Positions 10,761-19,690 of a DNA stretch of 64,000 nt are shown one piece after another. Under the pieces are notes generated by a model that saw only the letters and a program-made list of their open reading frames with translations, was not told the DNA's origin and did not search any database. Source of the DNA: Bacteroidota bacterium (lineage in GTDB: Bacteria > Bacteroidota > Bacteroidia > UKL13-3); the NCBI GenBank assembly GCA_947491825.1, contig CANLLM010000002.1, positions 10,503-74,502 of the forward strand. The letters are read 5' to 3'. Position 1 is the first letter of the stretch. Each line of letters starts with the position of its first letter. Made by a program: the position numbers and the translations under genes.

Positions 10761-12032
10761 ATGTTACAATTAACGGTTTTAAGAGAAAACACCCAAGAGG
10801 TTAAGGAACGTTTAAACAAACGCAACCCTGCATTTTCATCTATAGTTGATGAGGTACTTGTGCTTGATGAAAAAACACGTTCCGCCAAACAAGAAATGGA
10901 AAATCAACAAGCCGAGGCAAATAAAATTGCCAAACAAGTTGGTGAGCTGATGAAAAATGGTAAACGTGAAGAAGCCGAAGAGGTAAAGAAACAATCATCA
11001 AGCTTAAAAGAACAAGCAAAACATCTAGAGGAAATAGTAAAACAACTTGAGGAAGATTTGTTTGCCAAATTAGTTACAATTCCAAACACACCAAATGAAA
11101 TAGTACCTGAGGGTAAAACACCTGAAGAAAACTTAACCATCTTTCAAAATGGAGAAATACCAACACTTGCTGAAGGTGCGATGCCGCATTGGGACTTAAT
11201 TACAAAATACAATTTAATTGATTTTGAATTAGGCACCAAAATTACAGGAGCTGGATTTCCGGTTTACCGTGGTAAAGGTGCCCGCATGCAACGTGGCTTG
11301 GTAAATTTCTTTTTAGACGAGGCCTTAAAAGCCGGTTATGAAGAAATTGTACCCCCATTTCTGGTAAATGCTGAAAGTGGTTTTGGAACTGGACAGTTAC
11401 CCGATAAAGAAGGTCAAATGTATCATGCACAGGTTGATGATTTATATTTGATACCAACAGCAGAAGTGCCAGTTACCAATATGTACCGTGATGTAATTTT
11501 AAAAGAAGAAGAGCTGCCAATTAAAAATGTGGCCTACTCTCCTTGTTTTAGAAGAGAAGCTGGAAGTTGGGGTGCACACGTTCGTGGATTAAACCGATTA
11601 CATCAATTTGAAAAAGTAGAAATTGTACAAATTGCAACACCTGAGCAATCGTATGCTATTTTAGATGAAATGGTAAAGCACGTACAAGGTTTGTTAGAGA
11701 AACTAGAATTGCCTTACCGTATACTTCGTTTATGTGGTGGCGATATGGGCTTTACATCAGCACTTACCTACGATTTTGAAACATACAGCACGGCACAACA
11801 ACGTTGGTTAGAAGTAAGTTCCACATCAAACTTTGAAAGTTTTCAGGCCAACCGTTTAAAGTGCCGTTACAAAAACAAAGATGGTAAAAACCAACTGGTA
11901 CACACTTTGAATGGAAGTGCTTTGGCATTGCCACGTATTTTGGCCACCATTTTAGAAAACAACCAAACACCTGAAGGCATTAAAATTCCAAAAGCATTGG
12001 TACCTTATGTTGGGTTTGAAATGATTAACTAA
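10761..12032 (+). CDS. serS: Seryl-tRNA synthetase
   Basis: N-terminal coiled-coil arm and class II motifs, including 'CFRREAGS' and 'TLNGSALALPR'. Size is 423 aa. Confidence 0.97.
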   Translation: MLQLTVLRENTQEVKERLNKRNPAFSSIVDEVLVLDEKTRSAKQEMENQQAEANKIAKQVGELMKNGKREEAEEVKKQSSSLKEQAKHLEEIVKQLEEDLFAKLVTIPNTPNEIVPEGKTPEENLTIFQNGEIPTLAEGAMPHWDLITKYNLIDFELGTKITGAGFPVYRGKGARMQRGLVNFFLDEALKAGYEEIVPPFLVNAESGFGTGQLPDKEGQMYHAQVDDLYLIPTAEVPVTNMYRDVILKEEELPIKNVAYSPCFRREAGSWGAHVRGLNRLHQFEKVEIVQIATPEQSYAILDEMVKHVQGLLEKLELPYRILRLCGGDMGFTSALTYDFETYSTAQQRWLEVSSTSNFESFQANRLKCRYKNKDGKNQLVHTLNGSALALPRILATILENNQTPEGIKIPKALVPYVGFEMIN

Positions 12033-12051
12033 ACATCACCATTGTAAATTT

Positions 12052-12078
12052 AAAAAAGCTACACAGTGTGGCTTTTTT
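12052..12078 (+). terminator. Rho-independent terminator after serS
   Basis: Stem agctac/gtggct (one G-U pair) with a short loop, preceded by an A-run and followed by TTTTTT (12073-12078). Confidence 0.6.
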
Positions 12079-12157
12079 AATATTGATTTTATGGCGTTTT
12101 TATAAACACAATAACAAGAAGTTAATGGTGTACACTTAACTAAGTATACTTGCATAA

Positions 12158-12730
12158 ATGCTTAATGATAGAGAGTTAATTAAAGCTATTTTAGGTGGTA
12201 ACGAAGCCGCTTTTAAAACGCTTTATACCATATATAAAGATATGGTATATAACACCGCTTTAAGTATACTGCAACAACAAATAGAAGCAGAAGATATTAG
12301 CCAAGATGTATTTATAGAAATACATAAATCAATCGGGAAATTTAGACACAATTCGTCCTTAAAAACCTGGATATACAGAATAACCATAACCAAATGTTAC
12401 GATTATTTAAAGAGACAAAAAACTAAGAAGAGGTTTGCCCAACTTACCTCCCTGTTTAATAGTGAAAACAAGTTGGTTTATGATAAACCACATTTCGAAC
12501 ACCCAGGTGTTACGCTTGAAAACAAAGAACATGCAAGTGTATTGTTTTTGGCAATTAGCAAGCTCCCTATTAAACAACAAACTGCATTTACTTTAAGTAA
12601 AATTGAACATTTATCTTATAAAGAAATAGCAGAAATAATGAACACCACAACCTCAAGTGTAGAATCGCTAATTTTTAGGGCAACTAGAAATTTAAGAGTC
12701 ACGTTATCTGAATATTATAAAAACGAATAA
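12158..12730 (+). CDS. ECF-type RNA polymerase sigma-70 family factor
   Basis: Region 2 'DISQDVFIEIHKSIGKFRHNSSLKTWIYRITITKCYDYLKR' and region 4 HTH 'SYKEIAEIMNTTTSSVESLIFRATRNLR'. Size is 190 aa. Confidence 0.9.
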   Translation: MLNDRELIKAILGGNEAAFKTLYTIYKDMVYNTALSILQQQIEAEDISQDVFIEIHKSIGKFRHNSSLKTWIYRITITKCYDYLKRQKTKKRFAQLTSLFNSENKLVYDKPHFEHPGVTLENKEHASVLFLAISKLPIKQQTAFTLSKIEHLSYKEIAEIMNTTTSSVESLIFRATRNLRVTLSEYYKNE

Positions 12731-12774
12731 ACAGTTAACGCAAGTATTGATGCTGTTAATCTTCTAAATAATTG

Positions 12775-13089
12775 ATGGGAACTTTAAATAATAAGTTAAT
12801 TGACGAAACTGTAAATAGCATACACAGTATTCAACGAGCGGAAATGTCTCCCTTTTTGTTCAATAAGATTATTAATCGAATTAAAGCGGGAATACCAGAG
12901 CCAATTTATTATACGGGAGCATGGTTTTTGCGCATCGCTGTTACGGGAGTAGTTATTATTTCGCTAAATGCAATAACCATTTGGTCTGTAACAAAACAAC
13001 CCCAAAAACAGGTAAATGAACAAATGGAATTGCATAAGATAGCACAAGAATATTTTGGCAACGATAATGTAACAAGTTACTTCTATTAA
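12775..13089 (+). CDS. Putative anti-sigma factor (single-pass membrane protein)
   Basis: Small protein directly downstream of the ECF sigma gene with one TM helix (WFLRIAVTGVVIISLNAITIW). The call is by position and architecture only. The ATG at 12775 follows the TTG at 12772. Confidence 0.5.
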   Translation: MGTLNNKLIDETVNSIHSIQRAEMSPFLFNKIINRIKAGIPEPIYYTGAWFLRIAVTGVVIISLNAITIWSVTKQPQKQVNEQMELHKIAQEYFGNDNVTSYFY

Positions 13090-13098
13090 TTCATAATC

Positions 13099-13638
13099 AT
13101 GAGAATAAACAAAACTAAACTCTTGCTTACTTTGGTTATTTTATTATCTATACTAAATGTAAGCACTATTGCTAGCATTTGGAGATATATCGACTTCAGT
13201 ACGTTATCTATAATAACAACACCTGCCCCAATGGGTGGGCCGAAAGATTTTATCATTAGTAAACTTGATTTAAACGAAGAACAACAGAAAGTTTTTGAAG
13301 AACTTCGTCAGGAGCATTTTCAAGAAATGAAAAACCTACAAGAGAATATACGTGTAGAAAAAGATGCCATGTACGACTTGTTAAAAAGTGACCAACCAGA
13401 TACAACTGCTTCATACCAACACATAGCTCGCATAATGAAAAATGAAGAGAAACTTGAGCACATCACATTTAATCATTTTAGGAAAGTGAGGGCTATCTGT
13501 AATGCCGAGCAACAACAACATTTTGATGTAATCATAGATGAGGTAATGCGCATGCTAATGAGACCACCGCGTCCGCTAGCACCAGGTAAAATGCACCAAA
13601 ATAACCACGCCAAAGATCAACATTACCACTTACCATAA
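13099..13638 (+). CDS. Spy/CpxP/ZraP-like periplasmic protein (heavy-metal-sensor-like)
   Basis: N-terminal signal-anchor (LLLTLVILLSILNVSTIASIW), a helical E/Q/K-rich body with the LTxxQ-like motif 'LNEEQQKVFEELRQEH', and a His-rich tail 'HQNNHAKDQHYHLP'. Confidence 0.6.
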   Translation: MRINKTKLLLTLVILLSILNVSTIASIWRYIDFSTLSIITTPAPMGGPKDFIISKLDLNEEQQKVFEELRQEHFQEMKNLQENIRVEKDAMYDLLKSDQPDTTASYQHIARIMKNEEKLEHITFNHFRKVRAICNAEQQQHFDVIIDEVMRMLMRPPRPLAPGKMHQNNHAKDQHYHLP

Positions 13639-13653
13639 AACCACTTAACTGAT

Positions 13654-13902
13654 ATGAAGTTATTAAAGAATATCGCCCTAAGCGATACAGGATTTGTATT
13701 TAATCCCGGTACTGGAGATTCTTTTTCGGTAAACCCAATAGGATTAAGTATCCTAAAGGATTTACAAGAAGGCAAATCTGAAGAAGCTATTAGAAACAGG
13801 GTAATTGAAGATTACCAAACTGATAAAGAAACCATAGAAAAAGATTTATATGATTTTTTGAAAATGATTGAGCAATTTAACCTTACTGATTACCATGAGT
13901 AA
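13654..13902 (+). CDS. PqqD-family (RRE-fold) small protein, 82 aa, C-terminal ...DYHE
   Basis: The pattern 'GFVFNPGTGDSFSVNPIGLSILKDLQEGKSEEAIRNRVIEDYQTDKETIEKDLYDFLKMIEQFNL' follows the PqqD consensus. That consensus is a beta-strand, 'tg..f.lN..g..iw..l.g.s..ei', then 'dv..fl..l...gl'. Confidence 0.8.
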   Translation: MKLLKNIALSDTGFVFNPGTGDSFSVNPIGLSILKDLQEGKSEEAIRNRVIEDYQTDKETIEKDLYDFLKMIEQFNLTDYHE

Positions 13903-14941
13903 GCGTAAGATTACTGTTGCTGTATCAGGTTTAAATAACATTGACAGTCCTGGACCCGGCATACCCGTTATTCGTGCACTCAAAGACAGTGAACTTTTTG
14001 AAATTCGAATTATCGGTTTATCGTACGACACAATGGAGCCGGGAATTTATATGCACGATTTGGTAGATAAAACTTACCAAATACCGTTGCCTTCAGCTGG
14101 TCAACAAAGTTTACTCATGCGTTTATCATACATACATCAGCAAGAGAAAATTGATGTGCTAATCCCCAACTTTGATGCAGAATTATTTAACTTCATAAAA
14201 CTGCAAGACACCTTAAAAAAAATGGGTATTCATACCTTTTTGCCCACACTAGAGCAATTTGAAGAAAGGCAGAAATGGGCATTAAATACTTTTGGAGAAA
14301 AGTATGGAATTAAGGTGCCAAGAAGTAAACAAATTAATAGTACAGCCGAAATACATGCATTAACACATGAGTTTGGATACCCATTTGTAGTTAAAGGCAA
14401 ATTTTATGATGCAACAGTTGCTTATTCACCGGATCAAGCCATGGCGGCATTTAACAAGATTAGTGGCAAATGGGGCTTACCTATTATAATACAACAATAT
14501 ACGCCCGGAACAGAAGTTAACCTTACAGGAATTGGCGATGGAAAAGGCAATTTAATAGGTGCAGTACCTATGCGTAAAACATATATTACCGATAAAGGCA
14601 AAGCATGGGCTGGTATAGCATTAGAGGACGAAACGCTCATGAATATTGCTCGCAACATGGTAAAAGGAAACAATTGGAGAGGGGGATTTGAACTGGAAAT
14701 GATAAAAACGGACAAGCGAGAATATTATTTGATTGAGATTAATCCGAGGTTTCCTGCATGGGTATATTTAGCAGTAGGTACAGGGCAGAATCATCCCGAA
14801 GCACTGGTTAGGTTGGCACTTGGCGAAGAAGTCAAGCCTTATGAAAGCTATGAGTCAGGTAAAATGTTTATTCGTTACTCATACGATAAAATTGTTGAAC
14901 TCAAAGAATTTGAAACTATTTCTACCCTAGGAGAATTATAA
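13895..14941 (+). CDS. ATP-grasp family ligase
   Basis: ATP-grasp motifs 'YPFVVKGKF' (Lys strand), 'IIIQQYTPGTEVN' (hinge) and 'YLIEINPRFPAW' (Mg/ATP E-x-N). The ATG at 13895 (MSKRKITVAVSG...) overlaps the PqqD-like stop by 8 nt (ATGAGTAA). The ORF track starts at 13868. Confidence 0.85.
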   Translation: MSKRKITVAVSGLNNIDSPGPGIPVIRALKDSELFEIRIIGLSYDTMEPGIYMHDLVDKTYQIPLPSAGQQSLLMRLSYIHQQEKIDVLIPNFDAELFNFIKLQDTLKKMGIHTFLPTLEQFEERQKWALNTFGEKYGIKVPRSKQINSTAEIHALTHEFGYPFVVKGKFYDATVAYSPDQAMAAFNKISGKWGLPIIIQQYTPGTEVNLTGIGDGKGNLIGAVPMRKTYITDKGKAWAGIALEDETLMNIARNMVKGNNWRGGFELEMIKTDKREYYLIEINPRFPAWVYLAVGTGQNHPEALVRLALGEEVKPYESYESGKMFIRYSYDKIVELKEFETISTLGEL

Positions 14942-14960
14942 CCTATAATTAAAATTACAG

Positions 14961-16337
14961 ATGAAAAAGCAAATATACGAGCGCCCCTTAATACACAGAA
15001 TCAATACTGGTATGATGAATAAATTCGGTACCAAAACAGAATATGCGCCCGTTAGTCATATTGATGGTTTGGCAGTAAAAGATTTGATAAAGGAATACGG
15101 ATCTCCCCTATTTGTGCTGAGTGAGGATACCATTAGAAACACATATAGAGAAGCTGTTCGTGCGTTTAAAACAAGATATCCCAAAATACAATTTGCATGG
15201 AGTTATAAAACCAATTACATCAATGCTGTGTGTAATATATTCCATCAAGAAGGATCATGGGCAGAAGTTGTTTCGGGATTTGAATACCAAAAAGCGATTA
15301 ATAACGGAGTACCAGGACCAAAAATTATTTTTAATGGCCCTGATAAAAGTGATGATGATTTAAGACGTGCGATTACCAACAACTCCCCAATCCATATAGA
15401 CCATCTTGACGAGCTATATCGTTTAACAGAATTAGCCGAAGAAATGAACAAACGGCCGAATGTTGCTATTCGCGTTAATATGGATACGGGTATTTATCCA
15501 ATGTGGGATCGTTTTGGATTTAACTACGAAAACGGACAAGCATGGGATGCTATCAATAAAATAATTTTAGGTAATCGCCTTGAGTTGATTGGTGTTCATT
15601 GTCACATCGGAACTTTCATGTTATCACCTCAAGCGTATGCTACAGCAGCTTATAAATTATCTGATTTAGCATTGGGGATAAAAAAGAAATTTGGCAAAAC
15701 AATTCACTATATCGATATGGGTGGAGGATTCGCATCTAAAAATACATTGAAAGGATCTTTCCTTCCAGGTGCCGACACCACTCCTACCATTGATCAATTT
15801 GCGGAATCTATCACCACTGCACTATTAAATGCCGGATTCACCGAAAAAGACCTACCACTTCTGGTTTTAGAAACAGGCAGGGCACTAATTGATGAAGCTG
15901 GTTATTTATTGGGAAGCGTAATTGCAAACAAACGTTTAAGTGATGGAAGAAGAGCCACCATTATGGATTTTGGCGTAAATATATTGTTTACCTCTTTTTG
16001 GTACGACCATAAAATTAGTCCTGCACAAGAGTTTAGTTCTTACACAGAAGATACGGTAATGTATGGCCCATTGTGTATGAATATTGATGTAGTTAGAAGC
16101 CATATTACCTTACCCCCATTAAAAAAAGAAGACCATGTAGTTGTTCATACAGTAGGGGCCTACAACATGACGCAATGGATGCAGTTTATTGCCATGCGAC
16201 CTGCTGTAGTATTAATTGGCACAGATGGCAAATCGCACTTAATTCGGAATAAAGAAACCATAGAAAATATTGAATCGAGTGAAGTAATGCCAGATTTTTT
16301 AAAAAAGCATGCACTTGCATCTGGTATTTTAAAATAA
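14961..16337 (+). CDS. Fold-type III PLP-dependent decarboxylase (Orn/DAP/Arg decarboxylase family)
   Basis: PLP-Lys context 'FAWSYKTNY', 'GVHCHIGT' (HxHxG[ST]), phosphate-binding 'IDMGGGFA', 'LETGRALI' (EPGR-like), 'YGPLCMNIDV' and C-terminal 'VGAYNMT'. All catalytic signatures appear intact. Confidence 0.85.
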   Translation: MKKQIYERPLIHRINTGMMNKFGTKTEYAPVSHIDGLAVKDLIKEYGSPLFVLSEDTIRNTYREAVRAFKTRYPKIQFAWSYKTNYINAVCNIFHQEGSWAEVVSGFEYQKAINNGVPGPKIIFNGPDKSDDDLRRAITNNSPIHIDHLDELYRLTELAEEMNKRPNVAIRVNMDTGIYPMWDRFGFNYENGQAWDAINKIILGNRLELIGVHCHIGTFMLSPQAYATAAYKLSDLALGIKKKFGKTIHYIDMGGGFASKNTLKGSFLPGADTTPTIDQFAESITTALLNAGFTEKDLPLLVLETGRALIDEAGYLLGSVIANKRLSDGRRATIMDFGVNILFTSFWYDHKISPAQEFSSYTEDTVMYGPLCMNIDVVRSHITLPPLKKEDHVVVHTVGAYNMTQWMQFIAMRPAVVLIGTDGKSHLIRNKETIENIESSEVMPDFLKKHALASGILK

Positions 16338-16343
16338 CAACCA

Positions 16344-18533
16344 TTGAAAAGCCAAATTCAATTATTCGGAAAAGGATTTATAAATAGTTATTCGCAATTA
16401 TTTTTCGCTGATAATAAAACATTTGCGTGGTTGCTATTGCTATCTTCCTTTGTTAATCCCGTTATGGGAATTAGCGGGGCGTTAGCAACCATTTCTAGTT
16501 TGGTTTTTTCATATTGGATCGGATTAAATAGGACACACATTGGCCACGGTGTATATAGTTATAATGCATTAATGATTGGCCTCGTTTTAGGGGCGCAATA
16601 CCAAATAACACCATCATATCTACTCCTGTTGTTGGTTGCTGCAATTCTTAGTGTAATTATTGCTGTTTGGTTCAATACAATTTTGGCCAAATACCAATTA
16701 CCTTCATTAAGTTTATCTTTTTTATTCAGTCTTTGGTTAATAACTATTGGGCTGCGCACATATAACAACATCACACTTAACGAAAACGGCATCTACAGGT
16801 ACAACGATTGGTATTTGATAGGTGGTGATCATTTAGTAAACTTCATGCACAAGATGGAGGAAATTCAAATTCCTGAAGTGATTGATGTATATTTAAAATC
16901 ACTCTCCGCAGTATTCTTTCAATACAACATCATTGCAGGCTTTCTTATTTTAGTTGGATTAATCATTTGGTCGAGAATAGCATTTATACTTTCCATCATT
17001 GGATTTAGTATGGGATACCTATTTTATTTTGGCTTGTCGGGAGAATTCTCTCAACTTTACTACAGTTACATCGGATTTAACTTCATCATGACAGCAATAG
17101 CATTAGGAGGTTTTTATCTTATACCTTCACGTGCCTCATTTATTTTAGCTATCATATCAATGCCCATTATTGGCATATTGATAAGTGGTTTAAACGGGAT
17201 TCTAATTATATATCAACTTCCATTGTATTCGTTACCATTTGTTATAACAGTCTTAATTGTACTGATGTTGTTAAGTCAAAGAACTTACCTGCACAGATTA
17301 ATTCCTGTAACCTTTCAGCATTTTTCGCCCGAAAAAAACAAGTACAACTATTCCAATAATGCCATACGATTCAAAAACAGTAAATGGGTTAATATTCAAT
17401 TACCATTTTTCGGAGAGTGGTTTGTTTCCCAGGGATATCATGGCAAAATAACACATAAAGAAAATTGGAGTGAGGCATTAGATTTTGTAGTAGTTGATGA
17501 AACTAAGCACACTTTTAAATCACTTGGTACATCTGTAACAGACTTTTACTGCTATAATTTACCACTACTAGCGCCTGCAGATGGGTATGTAGTAGAAATT
17601 GCTGATGGCATAGAAGATAACAAGATTGGAGATGTTGATTTGATAGAAAACTGGGGAAATACAATTGTAATTAAACATGCTGATGGCATATATAGTAAAC
17701 TATCACACCTAAAAGCGAATTCTATACTGGTAAACATAAATGATTATGTTAGGGCAGGACAAATATTGGCAAGCTGCGGAAGCTCCGGCAGATCGCCAGA
17801 ACCACATTTGCATTTCCAAATACAAAAAACTCCTTTTATTGGATCTGCAACTATAAGTTATCAGATCAACCATTTTATAAGTAGGGTAAACGAAAAATAT
17901 CAATTTCACGAAAACGAAATACCACAAGAAGGGGCTCAAATTCATCAACCAATAAAAACTCCGTTATTAAGTAGCGCTTTTCATTTTACACTGGGACAAA
18001 TAATCACATTCGAAACAGATATTAATTCAGGAAATAAACATAGCATAACTTGGGAATGCATGGTTGATTCATGGAATAAAACCTATTTGTATTGCCGTCA
18101 AACTAAAGCTTATGCCTACTTTATAAATAATGGTACAACATTTTATTTCACAAGTTACCATGGTTCAAAAAAATCCTTATTATTTGATTTCTATTTAGCG
18201 GCATACAAAATCCTCTTGGGCTATTATCCTGATCTAACAATAAAAGATAGCATTGATATTGGGTTATTTAAACACCCTATCTCTTCGTGGTTTCAAGACA
18301 TTATTGCTCCATTTTATCTATTTAAAAAGGTAAGTTATCAAGTAAATTTTAAACAAATAGACGATATGATTGCACCTACATACATAGTAATAGAAAGTAA
18401 AATTGAAGCATACAACTTTAACTCAAAAACCAAAGAGCGTAACTATAAATTAGTAATACAAGATGGAAAACTCATGCAAATTGTTATTAACCCAAACCAT
18501 AAATCAGCACTAACAATAACATGCACAAACTAA
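16344..18533 (+). CDS. Fusion protein: urea-transporter (UT) family channel domain + M23 (LytM-type) metallopeptidase domain + ~190-aa unassigned C-terminal domain
   Basis: The N-terminal ~320 aa is polytopic and carries both UT half-signatures ('SYNALMIGLVLG' and 'GFNFIMTAIALGGFY'). The M23 domain shows 'ITHKENWSEALDF', 'NWGNTIVIKHADGIYSKLSHL' and the HxH motif 'EPHLHFQIQ'. The TTG start at 16344 is the only in-frame start after the upstream stop. Confidence 0.75.
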   Translation: MKSQIQLFGKGFINSYSQLFFADNKTFAWLLLLSSFVNPVMGISGALATISSLVFSYWIGLNRTHIGHGVYSYNALMIGLVLGAQYQITPSYLLLLLVAAILSVIIAVWFNTILAKYQLPSLSLSFLFSLWLITIGLRTYNNITLNENGIYRYNDWYLIGGDHLVNFMHKMEEIQIPEVIDVYLKSLSAVFFQYNIIAGFLILVGLIIWSRIAFILSIIGFSMGYLFYFGLSGEFSQLYYSYIGFNFIMTAIALGGFYLIPSRASFILAIISMPIIGILISGLNGILIIYQLPLYSLPFVITVLIVLMLLSQRTYLHRLIPVTFQHFSPEKNKYNYSNNAIRFKNSKWVNIQLPFFGEWFVSQGYHGKITHKENWSEALDFVVVDETKHTFKSLGTSVTDFYCYNLPLLAPADGYVVEIADGIEDNKIGDVDLIENWGNTIVIKHADGIYSKLSHLKANSILVNINDYVRAGQILASCGSSGRSPEPHLHFQIQKTPFIGSATISYQINHFISRVNEKYQFHENEIPQEGAQIHQPIKTPLLSSAFHFTLGQIITFETDINSGNKHSITWECMVDSWNKTYLYCRQTKAYAYFINNGTTFYFTSYHGSKKSLLFDFYLAAYKILLGYYPDLTIKDSIDIGLFKHPISSWFQDIIAPFYLFKKVSYQVNFKQIDDMIAPTYIVIESKIEAYNFNSKTKERNYKLVIQDGKLMQIVINPNHKSALTITCTN

Positions 18534-19681
18534 CTACACTTTTTATACTATGTTTTGCGTTTGCTGGTGCCAACTCACAAGTGTATTATATATCAGGTGC
18601 TGATAGCCTTCTTAAGGAGGAATACAATAAAGGTAGTTGGAAAAATGTAATGCAGATTACAGATAGTATTCACAAAATAGGCATGGGCTACCATGAGGCA
18701 TTTGAAATGGCTGCAGAAGCCGCATACATTTTAAACAAACCATTTAAACAACATACCTACTTACAACATGCATTACAAGATTTTCCAACGGATAGTGCAG
18801 TTTTATTGAAATTAGCTTATTGCTTTTGGACAACAAAACAATATAGTCATGGTAATAAAATACAATATAAATTATTAAAGAAAAGATTGCTAAATGAACA
18901 GAATAAGGTTAAAATCAATGTTGTAAACTTTGATATTGGAAGTAAAATTAGCAGCAATACCAGCCTGTATAATAATTTAAACTTTGTTTCTGTTGGTACA
19001 ACTTTCCCCATAAAGTTTATACTTACTTACCATGGGATAACTTATCTTAGACAAAAAAGCTTCTATGGAGATATAGCGCAAATACAATATTACCTGAATA
19101 GCTCAATAGCACTAAGAAAAGGATGGAAGATTAGTGGAATTCTGCATTTAGCAGAATATAATCTAACCAACTATCCTGCAGATTTAATAGGTAATCAAAT
19201 TTTATCAGGCGATCAATACATATTGGGTTTAGGAACAAGTAAACTTTACAAAAATTGTTTGTTTGGAGTCGATGTCATAAAATCTAACTTAAACTATAAA
19301 GATCAACTTCAAATAGTCTCGGGAATAATATACTACCCATTAAACAATACAAAACTTATACTTAATATAGATGCTAACTACCTTACCGAAAAATCACACA
19401 CCATTGCTTCTTATAGACTTACTTACTCACCAATTAAATCATTAAATGTAAGTTTAAGTTATTTACAAGCCAATACACGTAACTTTACCGAGCAGAACGC
19501 ATTTTTGGTTCATAATTCTTTTGATATTACCCGTAATAAATATGCTTTATCCGTAACACAACATATTTCAAAAAACATACGTATAATCGGAATATTTCAA
19601 TTAGAAAATAAAATAGAAACAATAAGTAACACCAATTATCAATACACAATACTAGGTTTAGGAGTAAAAAATATATTTTAA
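18521..19681 (+). CDS. Secreted protein: N-terminal helical/TPR-like region + C-terminal beta-barrel-like region (putative outer-membrane protein)
   Basis: Signal peptide MHKLTTLFILCFAFAGANSQ. A helical segment covers roughly residues 20-115. Alternating hydrophobic beta-strand pattern follows, ending '...GLGVKNIF' with an aromatic terminus. The start overlaps the upstream gene by 13 nt. Confidence 0.55.
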   Translation: MHKLTTLFILCFAFAGANSQVYYISGADSLLKEEYNKGSWKNVMQITDSIHKIGMGYHEAFEMAAEAAYILNKPFKQHTYLQHALQDFPTDSAVLLKLAYCFWTTKQYSHGNKIQYKLLKKRLLNEQNKVKINVVNFDIGSKISSNTSLYNNLNFVSVGTTFPIKFILTYHGITYLRQKSFYGDIAQIQYYLNSSIALRKGWKISGILHLAEYNLTNYPADLIGNQILSGDQYILGLGTSKLYKNCLFGVDVIKSNLNYKDQLQIVSGIIYYPLNNTKLILNIDANYLTEKSHTIASYRLTYSPIKSLNVSLSYLQANTRNFTEQNAFLVHNSFDITRNKYALSVTQHISKNIRIIGIFQLENKIETISNTNYQYTILGLGVKNIF

Positions 19682-19690
19682 GAAACACAT

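Noticed and set aside
13654-13902. PQQ cofactor biosynthesis, because of the PqqD-like fold
   Set aside because: No pqqA peptide, pqqB, pqqC or radical-SAM pqqE is present nearby. PqqD-like domains occur widely outside PQQ pathways.
14961-16337. Reading the PLP decarboxylase as ordinary lysA (dapB is also in this window)
   Set aside because: This is not adopted as the default call. The gene sits inside a translationally packed operon with a PqqD-like protein, an ATP-grasp and envelope proteins, far from dapB and on the opposite strand. I cannot exclude it without a whole-genome check for another lysA, so it is listed as a refutation test instead.
16344-17330. Urea uptake or urease system, because of the UT-family domain
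   Set aside because: No urease structural or accessory genes, and no urea carboxylase or allophanate hydrolase genes, are in the window. The fusion to M23 and the operon context point elsewhere.
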